Shown: positions 1-5,459 of the stretch, piece after piece
How the letters are laid out: each line of letters begins with the position of its first letter
Numbering within the stretch: position 1 is the first letter of the stretch
Virus record (IMG/VR): IMGVR_UViG_2545824719_000020
DNA from: a virus
Taxonomy: Duplodnaviria; Heunggongvirae; Uroviricota; Caudoviricetes
Length of the DNA: 5,489 nt
Direction: 5' to 3' (one strand)
The notes under the pieces: model-generated
What the model was told of the DNA's origin: nothing
Database searches by the model: none
Seen by the model: the letters and a program-made list of their open reading frames with translations, nothing else
Translations under genes and position numbers: made by a program

Positions 1-1131
1 TCAAATGACCAGTTTTTTCCATTCCTTACCGCGTGCGTCGTTGTAAATATCGGTCATTTTTTGATTCGAATGGCCTAGCAAAATTTTGGTATCAACCCCC
101 TGCTCTCTTAACAATCGCTCTGATAAAGATCTCTGCTCATGGAAAGAGGGAGGGGTGCCATTAGCACGCCAGTTGTAATCCACAGAATCCCGGGCTTTTT
201 TAAATGCAACGGTTAATGTTGCTGGCTTAACCATCCCGCCGCGCTTAGCTGTCCCTTTCGCGTGATGGTGGTGCAATAGCCACGGACTAAGAACGCAATC
301 GCGGCAGGATGACACCACATCATCCAGGGTGAGATTTAATTTATCGCAACGCAGAGCCAGAGGGATGGCAATCCGGGTTCCTGTTTTTTGCTGTTCGACA
401 TGAAGATAACCATCCCGGATATCCGAAAATTGCATTTTGCAAATATCTGAAAGGCGCTGGCCTGTCATCAGTGCCAGCAGCATACCGCGCTGTAAAAAGT
501 AACCATCCTTTTCCGCTGCGTTATAAATCATCATCCACTCATCAAAAGTCAGTCGCTGTCTTGATATCCGCACCTGCGGTTTTTTTGCCGATTCTGCAGG
601 GTTAAAGCCTGGCGGGACATCGCCCGTTTGCTGAGCTTCCCGGAAAACATCGATCAGTACCTTCCTGAAAATTTGTCCCATTCTGTTATGTCCTCTGGCC
701 TTGTACTCTTCCAGTACTGATACCACATCTTTTACGGTTATGGCATCTAACGGTCTGGTGCCAAAACGTTCATCAAATACCCTGAGAGGGGCCGCTTTCT
801 GTTTCAGCGTGTTGAGTTTGATCTCGCCGTTTTCATATCTTTCCTGTTGAATTTTTCTGTAATTATTCAGAAAAATGGTAACGGTTGATGAACCGCCGGT
901 ATCACTAATAATTTTCTCCTGCAGACTGAGCATTTGTTCCATTTGCTGCCGGGCAAGACGGCTGTTCGCTTCTGCTGCAATAGTTTCTGCCAGTTTCTGG
1001 TCAATACTGCCGAGACCGTGATTTTTGCCTGTTATGGGATGCCTGTAACGCCAGTAAACTTTGTTATTTCTTTTGTCAAAATACGGAGATAATCCCGGAA
1101 CATTGGTTTTATATTTTCGCGGGCGCGCCAT
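1..1131 (-). CDS. int: Phage integrase, lambda Int-family tyrosine recombinase (376 aa)
   Basis: ORF from ATG 1131-1129 to TGA 3-1. N-terminus MARPRKYKTNVPGLSPYFDKRNNKVYWRYRHPITGK aligns with the arm-binding N-terminus of lambda Int. C-terminal catalytic signature is present in order (TGQR, QQKTG, HEQRSLSERL, LLGHS, DIY = R-K-HxxR-H-Y). AGAGGA Shine-Dalgarno lies 9 nt upstream of the ATG, inside xis. The first 23 nt overlap xis, as in lambda. Confidence 0.93.
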   Translation of the reverse strand: MARPRKYKTNVPGLSPYFDKRNNKVYWRYRHPITGKNHGLGSIDQKLAETIAAEANSRLARQQMEQMLSLQEKIISDTGGSSTVTIFLNNYRKIQQERYENGEIKLNTLKQKAAPLRVFDERFGTRPLDAITVKDVVSVLEEYKARGHNRMGQIFRKVLIDVFREAQQTGDVPPGFNPAESAKKPQVRISRQRLTFDEWMMIYNAAEKDGYFLQRGMLLALMTGQRLSDICKMQFSDIRDGYLHVEQQKTGTRIAIPLALRCDKLNLTLDDVVSSCRDCVLSPWLLHHHHAKGTAKRGGMVKPATLTVAFKKARDSVDYNWRANGTPPSFHEQRSLSERLLREQGVDTKILLGHSNQKMTDIYNDARGKEWKKLVI

Positions 1132-1357
1132 CTTCCAGTATCCTCTTCAAAGCAGGGTGATCTGTGGCGATCACCTCCGGCTTGTTTACCATTCCGACAA
1201 AGCGAGCTTGCGGATCCACTCGCCAGCGTCTTCCAACTTTTTTGGGGAGAGGAAATATCATTCCGGCTTTAGCGTATTTACTTAACGTACTCGGAGTTGG
1301 GACCGGTTCACTGAATTCCTCTTTTGCCCACTCAGTGAGCAGAATAAGTCTTGCCAT
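1109..1357 (-). CDS. xis: Excisionase Xis (82 aa)
   Basis: ORF from ATG 1357-1355 to TAA 1111-1109. Small basic protein (MARLILLTEWAKEEF...GMIFPLPKKVGRRWRV) that aligns from residue 1 with lambda Xis (LQEW...IFPPPVKDGREY) as recalled. Sits immediately upstream of int with a 23-nt overlap. Confidence 0.8.
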   Translation of the reverse strand: MARLILLTEWAKEEFSEPVPTPSTLSKYAKAGMIFPLPKKVGRRWRVDPQARFVGMVNKPEVIATDHPALKRILEDGAPAKI

Positions 1358-1421
1358 GAGCGTCGTTCGCTAATCATGGTCGCCGCCACTATAGCTGGTG
1401 GGCAACGACCGGGGTTGAACA

Positions 1422-3893
1422 TTAAAAATCAGCCTGATTCGGGATCAGTTTTTGCCAGATAACTGAAACGTATTTTGCCTGGTAACGGGCGTCATCAAGT
1501 GCATTATGGCGCTCACCTTCGAATGGAATAGCCGTTCTGGCATCGAAGTCTATGGCTTTCCCCAGCTCAACGATTGTGCGTACATCGCGATCGTTGTAGT
1601 AACGCCACGGGCAGGGGATCCCCTGCCGTTCGTATGAACGGCGCAAAATCGTGTTGTCGAAGTTGGCTCCATTTCCCCAGACATGAACAAAAAATTCACC
1701 GGAGTTTTCGTCGATAAATTCCCGCAATTGTAACAGTGCATCATCTAACGGGATTTCATCGGTCATAATGGCAGACTGCGCTTCACGTGATTGCTTCAGC
1801 CACCTTTTAATGACGTCACGATCAATGACTCCGCCAGCAGTTTCCAGATCGATAGTCTTACTAAATTCCGGTCCCATATCTCCGGTTTGCGGATCGAAAA
1901 ATATTGCACCTATTGAGATAATCGGGGCATCAGGATTTTTTCCCATGGTTTCAAGGTCGATCATTAGATGGTCACACGTCCTGCTGGTGGATGTGATAAC
2001 GTGATGACCGTTCATCGTAATTAAGGGATCTGCCGTCTCGCCAGTTTCACTATCGCTGGCGTGATCCTGAGCGCTACCAGCATTCTCCTTGTGTGGATGT
2101 TCAGCGCCTTCCATTTCCTTCGGATCATTTTCCTGAACTTCAACCTGATTCTCTTCATCGAATGTTTCCTGGTATGTTGCGTCACCCATCACCGCGCCAC
2201 AATCAGGGCAGTTGCCGCCACCGCTTTGACCGCAGGCGGTGCAGACTTTTTCCGGTTCCTGTTGCGCTACTGGCTCAGGTTGTTTCGTTTCTGGCTCGTT
2301 TTGTAACGCATTTGGGCTGTTTTGTTCCGCTTTCTGGCCGTTCTGTTCCGTTTCTTGTTGGTTCTGATTCACTGAATCGCGGGTTTCAATCCCCTTCACC
2401 CATTTCGGATCATTCGGGTCGCTAATCCCTGCAACAAATTCACCACGTGATACAGCAAGCAACTTATTGGCGTCAGGCTGGCTGATATTGGCTGCCTGCA
2501 TAATTTTGTTTACTTCGTCAGCGGTAACTTTTACCGGCTCTGGTTGTGCGATCGTGTCAGATGCACCAGTATTTTGTTGTGAACCTGAGTATGTACTGTT
2601 TTTGCGGGCGAAATATTCTTCTTTCGTGATTTCAGTAGCCCCGGCAGCCAGCGCCTTATCCAGACCAGAAAGTTTGTTTGCGCGACCGTATTTTTCGCCA
2701 TCCTTGTCGGTGAAGAGGAAGTAGAACGGCCCTTCACGCTCTACAGATGGTTCGACTTCCACTTTGCATTCGGTTTTTTCGTTGTCCGGAATTGCCGTTT
2801 CCACTGCATCAGTTTCTGGTACTGGCGACGAGAGAGTATCAGTTGCGCTCTGATTTCTTCCTTCATCTTCAAACACGCCCTTTGTAGTCAGGTATTCAGT
2901 AATGTATTTGTTCAGTGCCACAGGGTCTTTGTGAATGTCGATCGGACGTTCACGGACAAGGCCAAAAATAGTCTGGCGGTCGTAGCGAAGGGCATCAGGC
3001 TGTTTGCGCATTGATGCCGAGATACGCTTCCAGTCTTCGCGGTCGTTGTCGATAACTTCATTTTTTGCCCAGCGATGGATGCTGCCGTCAATGTTTCCGG
3101 CATCCACATCACCAGGCCAGAGAGCGTAGGCCAGTTCATCATCCAGTGTTTTCCATGTCTGCTTGTATTCGCGACGAATGGCGGCAGTGACAGGGTGGAT
3201 TTTTCCTGTTGAGTTTTCAGTGTTCTGCCGGTTGACTCTGGCGTAGGCGAGATCAACAACAGACGTGTATTTCCCGGTTTCTTTGCGTTCGGCTTCGCGA
3301 CGTTTTTTCCAGGTGCGTAATTCTGTCTGGATCTCAGGCCATTTTGCGCCCGGCTTACATTTATGTTTAACCCACCCGATGGCGAACAGCTTTAGTTCTG
3401 AATACATGACGTTAACTTCAGGCATTTTCATCAATGCCTCAACGATATGCCCGTCGAATGTTGCCATGTCCTCCTGCAACAATTCCTGTGCGCTAATAAC
3501 CATATCAACGGTGATGTTTTCACATGTGTCGAACTTAACCATGACAGCGTTCTGTACTTCAGGGGACAGCTTGTCAAAATTGACGTTCATCGGATCGGAT
3601 TCTGGTTCGACTGGAATAAAGGAAGCGGATTCCTCATCCCAGCGGTTTTCCTGCATATATTCAGCATCCCAGGAATCGAGGGCAGGGCGGGGTATACCGG
3701 GTTTATCCTCGCAGACAAGAAATTTATAAGCGCAGTCCTGAGCAGCCGGATAATGTTCCAGGAATTGCCAGTGAAATTTTGCGCGGGCGCGACGTTCATC
3801 ACCGGCTTCAATGGCAGTGGCTACAGCGACGGCACCTTCTTCCTTTATTGCCTGTTCGTCCGGAATGGCGGCGCAAATAAAGACTTTACTCAT
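1422..3893 (-). CDS. ydfE: 823-aa multidomain prophage protein with C-terminal DEDDh (DnaQ-like) 3'-5' exonuclease domain; likely the full-length form of Qin ydfE
   Basis: Uninterrupted 2472-nt ORF from ATG 3893-3891 to TAA 1424-1422, with GAGG at 3904-3907 upstream. Residues 641-823 carry the three DEDDh motifs: Exo I MIDLET (D646, E648), Exo II [12 protein letters not shown] (D746), Exo III [9 protein letters not shown] (H796, D801). Residues 551-565 form a CxxC-x7-CxxC zinc ribbon. Residues 1 to about 375 form a domain with no motif I can name. The gene symbol is positional only (gene after ydfD in the K-12 Qin order) and is not verified. Confidence 0.85.
   Translation of the reverse strand: [823 protein letters not shown]
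1425..1973 (-). other. DEDDh 3'-5' exonuclease domain (aa 641-823) of the 823-aa protein
   Basis: Motif-based call: DxE in MIDLET, D in NFDNTIL, H-x4-D in HNALDDA, with spacing typical of DnaQ/RNase T-like exonucleases. Confidence 0.75.
2199..2243 (-). other. C4 zinc-ribbon motif (aa 551-565, [15 protein letters not shown]) inside the low-complexity linker
   Basis: Two CxxC pairs 7 residues apart, flanked by Q/E/P-rich and acidic low-complexity sequence. Confidence 0.6.
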
Positions 3894-3988
3894 TTTGTTT
3901 TAACCTCATTACAGATTTCAGGGTGAACGAATCCCTGCCATTGCTGGCATTTTTAATCCGTTGGTATGGCGTTAATATGGCTGGCGGG

Positions 3989-4177
3989 TTATCCAGCCGG
4001 GATTTCGTTATTCAGGTTCAGCGATACTTTTTTTAACGGGAGGCATTCACCGGGGATTTTTTGTTCGTCCCTTACCTGAATGCAGGATGACTTACTGTCA
4101 TAAATTCCGGTAATCACATTTTGTGGCTCACCCGTTATAAGAAAAACGGTCATCACCAGTGCAAATGCTGAAGTCAC
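3989..4177 (-). CDS. ydfD: YdfD-like small membrane (lysis) peptide, 62 aa, GTG start
   Basis: ORF from GTG 4177-4175 to TAA 3991-3989, with GGAG 7 nt upstream. N-terminal hydrophobic helix (SAFALVMTVFLITG) followed by a polar tail containing EQKIPGECLP and EIPAG, resembling K-12 YdfD as I recall it. Sits directly after dicB as in Qin. The GTG start overlaps the stop of the dicB downstream frame (GTGA). Confidence 0.7.
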   Translation of the reverse strand: MTSAFALVMTVFLITGEPQNVITGIYDSKSSCIQVRDEQKIPGECLPLKKVSLNLNNEIPAG

Positions 4178-4361
4178 TGCTGTTCTCCGATAATACCAAG
4201 TTCAAGAAGGGCAATTCTGGAAAGTATGGAATTATCATTGAGAAGATAAGGTTCATATTTTCTCATCTTAATGGCATCTTCAGTAAATACCGGGTTACTG
4301 ATAGGACACCAATTTCAAAACAACCTTCAGACGTATTAACGTTTGGTAATAACGTTTCCAT
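4174..4361 (-). pseudogene. dicB: dicB (cell-division inhibitor) homolog disrupted by a -1 frameshift after codon 19
   Basis: ATG 4361-4359 with GAGGA at 4369-4373. Frame 1 encodes METLLPNVNTSEGCFEIGV (matches the DicB N-terminus MKTLLPNVNTSEGCFEIGV) then reads LSVTRYLLKMPLR and stops at 4265-4263. From 4305 the -1 frame encodes (P)ISNPVFTEDAIKMRKYEPYLLNDNSILSRIALLELGIIGEQQ and stops at TGA 4176-4174. Restoring one nt near 4304/4305 gives a 62-codon ORF, the length of K-12 DicB (…GVTISNPVFTEDAI…). Confidence 0.7.
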
Positions 4362-4376
4362 TATCGCGTCCTCAAC

Positions 4377-4528
4377 AATGAATTTTGTGATGCGGTGCCT
4401 GGTGCCTCCAGGTGACGTTAACCAGTTAACAATTAACGCCGGATACAGAGAATCCACCCATAACACTGTTTTTGGTTTTAACTGTTCCGCGTGCGCTCAG
4501 CCGCATTCACCACATCACAAAATTCACT
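4377..4528 (-). promoter_or_regulatory. Long-range 21-bp inverted repeat (RNA duplex) bracketing the DicF-terminator to dicB-RBS spacer
   Basis: Plus 4377-4397 (AATGAATTTTGTGATGCGGTG) is the reverse complement of plus 4508-4528 (CACCACATCACAAAATTCACT). In the minus-strand transcript this gives 19 Watson-Crick pairs plus 2 G-U pairs, contiguous. One arm starts 2 nt after the DicF U-tract; the other ends 3 nt before the dicB Shine-Dalgarno. Confidence 0.45.
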
Positions 4529-4530
4529 TT

Positions 4531-4573
4531 AAAAAGGGCGGCAGAGCAGTCACGGAGTAAAACTGATACCGCC
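4531..4573 (-). terminator. Intrinsic-terminator-like hairpin plus U5 tract forming the DicF 3' end
   Basis: GGCGG (4573-4569) can pair with CCGCC near the 3' end (about 4541-4537), enclosing an internally paired loop (CAG/CTG), followed by TTTTT at 4535-4531 on the minus strand. Read-through would be needed to express dicB and downstream genes. Confidence 0.5.
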
Positions 4574-4588
4574 AAACGTCACCAGAAA
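4536..4588 (-). ncRNA. dicF: DicF small regulatory RNA (53-nt mature form; ftsZ-targeting sRNA of the dicB operon)
   Basis: Minus-strand sequence 4588 to 4536 is TTTCTGGTGACGTTTGGCGGTATCAGTTTTACTCCGTGACTGCTCTGCCGCCC, followed by TTTTT. This is identical over 53 nt to the DicF sequence as I remember it. Same strand and position (between ydfC and dicB) as in Qin. Confidence 0.92.
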
Positions 4589-4925
4589 ATTGATAACAGA
4601 GGGCGTTGCAGCGGAGTTGTCACTTAAGCGTATGGTCAACCTGACAACCCGGTGTCCTCAACGGGGAAGGAATACCCCCGCCATACTTACCGCCGCGCCA
4701 TTTCGCGGAGTGCCACAACCGGAAGCGCACGGTCGAACTAAATTTAACGACACCGTACAGAGAGACCAATTTCGCCGTGCGCTTTCGCTTTATGCCCTGA
4801 CTTTTCAGGGACATATCCTTTCAGTAAACTGTCAGTGCCGGATGTTCACCCGTGTCCGGCGCACGCACTCCACCTGACCCGTGGAGAACTCCTTAATTAC
4901 CAACCTTAGCTTCGTTGGTTAGCTA
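4589..4925 (-). other. Hairpin-rich untranslated spacer between ydfC and DicF (DicF precursor/processing region)
   Basis: No convincing ORF on either strand. Perfect short inverted repeats at 4693-4708 (CCGCG/CGCGG), 4792-4814 (CCCTGA/TCAGGG plus 3 bp after a 1-nt bulge), 4837-4860 (GCCGGA/TCCGGC), 4868-4886 (CTCCAC/GTGGAG) and 4899-4919 (ACCAAC/GTTGGT). Confidence 0.55.
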
Positions 4926-5144
4926 TTAACGCGGGTATGTAATCATTCTGGCAATGCTTAATGCCGCTGCTTTTTCCAGCTTGGTGATATCCTGCTCCAG
5001 AGCGGACAGATTTTCAGCCTGCTTAGTCCTGGCTTCATTGGCCCATTTCAGATCCTGCGCTGCATTAATTTTCTGGTGCATCCACTCATAAAGTTCATCA
5101 TCGGTATAGTCTGGCGCGATGATGACGGGTTCTCGTTTCTGCAT
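4926..5144 (-). CDS. ydfC: YdfC-like small protein (72 aa), function unknown
   Basis: ORF from ATG 5144-5142 to TAA 4928-4926, with GAGGA 6 nt upstream. Non-repetitive, helix-like composition. Size and position (third gene before dicF) match ydfC of Qin. Confidence 0.75.
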   Translation of the reverse strand: MQKREPVIIAPDYTDDELYEWMHQKINAAQDLKWANEARTKQAENLSALEQDITKLEKAAALSIARMITYPR

Positions 5145-5173
5145 ACTGATTCCTCGCGGTGCTGTTTCGCTTA

Positions 5174-5302
5174 TCAGCCGTTAGATTTTGCCGAACTGGA
5201 AAGCGCCTGTTTAAACTCACTGAAGCTGAGAGCTTCTTCGTCTTCGGCAAGGCCTTCGAAGTATTCTTCGTAAGCCTTTTCCATGATTGTGTCGAAATCC
5301 AT
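5174..5302 (-). CDS. ydfB: YdfB-like small acidic protein (42 aa), function unknown
   Basis: Hand-translated; below the ORF-track size cutoff. ATG 5302-5300 to TGA 5176-5174 encodes MDFDTIMEKAYEEYFEGLAEDEEALSFSEFKQALSSSAKSNG. GGTGAG Shine-Dalgarno lies 4 nt upstream, and the ATG is 1 nt after the ydfA stop (TGAtATG). Size and position match ydfB. Confidence 0.65.
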   Translation of the reverse strand: MDFDTIMEKAYEEYFEGLAEDEEALSFSEFKQALSSSAKSNG

Positions 5303-5303
5303 A

Positions 5304-5459
5304 TCACTCACCTGAGTTTCTTTCCAGCCAGCGACGGGCACCATTTTCGGTTTTAAACGTTTTGCTTTTGGTATACGTCATTGCGGTGAACGTGCCGTCC
5401 TGGTTGGGGAACACGCCACATACCAGAGATTCGCTGTTGCCAAGATCGATAGTATCCAT
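5304..5459 (-). CDS. ydfA: YdfA-like small protein (51 aa), function unknown
   Basis: Hand-translated; below the ORF-track size cutoff. ATG 5459-5457 to TGA 5306-5304 encodes MDTIDLGNSESLVCGVFPNQDGTFTAMTYTKSKTFKTENGARRWLERNSGE. GAGG lies 5 nt upstream. Size, position and sequence agree with my recollection of K-12 YdfA. Confidence 0.7.
   Translation of the reverse strand: MDTIDLGNSESLVCGVFPNQDGTFTAMTYTKSKTFKTENGARRWLERNSGE

Noticed and set aside
1358-1421. Possible promoter or terminator between the exonuclease gene and xis, and a lambda pI-like promoter inside xis
   Set aside because: I could not identify a convincing -35/-10 pair or a stem plus U-tract by eye. The gene arrangement suggests read-through from upstream.
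1550-3811. Minus-strand internal ORFs (1550-1744, 2531-2737, 2912-3259, 3587-3811)
   Set aside because: Out-of-frame ORFs nested inside the 823-aa coding sequence on the same strand, with biased, non-protein-like composition.
1061-3926. Plus-strand ORFs from the track (1061-1285, 1164-1373, 1768-2004, 2061-2306, 2093-2425, 2467-2724, 3265-3729, 3447-3926)
   Set aside because: All lie antisense to the well-supported minus-strand int, xis and 823-aa genes. They have low-complexity or Cys/Arg/Phe-rich translations, no convincing ribosome-binding sites and no recognisable motifs, so they are shadow ORFs.
3894-3988. Hairpins in the ydfD-to-exonuclease intergenic region (GGCTGG/CCAGCC at 3979-3998; TGCCA/TGGCA at 3936-3949)
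   Set aside because: Short 5-6 bp stems not followed by a U-tract on the transcribed strand. Too weak to call a terminator or operator without comparative data.
4263-4466. 67-aa minus-strand ORF as listed in the track (GTG at 4466)
   Set aside because: The first 35 codons are a frame artefact running through the structured spacer. The real start is the ATG at 4361 with a GAGGA Shine-Dalgarno, matching the DicB N-terminus, and the ORF is frameshifted (see the dicB pseudogene).
4159-4560. 133-aa plus-strand ORF spanning dicB and DicF
   Set aside because: Antisense to ydfD, dicB and the DicF terminator. No Shine-Dalgarno and a translation without protein-like features. The region is better explained by the minus-strand genes.
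4590-4877. 95-aa plus-strand and 64-aa minus-strand (4620-4814) ORFs in the ydfC-DicF spacer
   Set aside because: Arg/Gly-rich, low-complexity translations. The minus-strand ATG sits 1 nt after its only purine-rich stretch. The region is dominated by inverted repeats consistent with structured RNA.
5076-5356. ORFs 5076-5273 (+), 5098-5307 (-) and 5159-5356 (+)
   Set aside because: They overlap the ydfA/ydfB/ydfC-like genes out of frame or antisense. The minus-strand one is an Arg-rich alternate frame of ydfB and ydfC.
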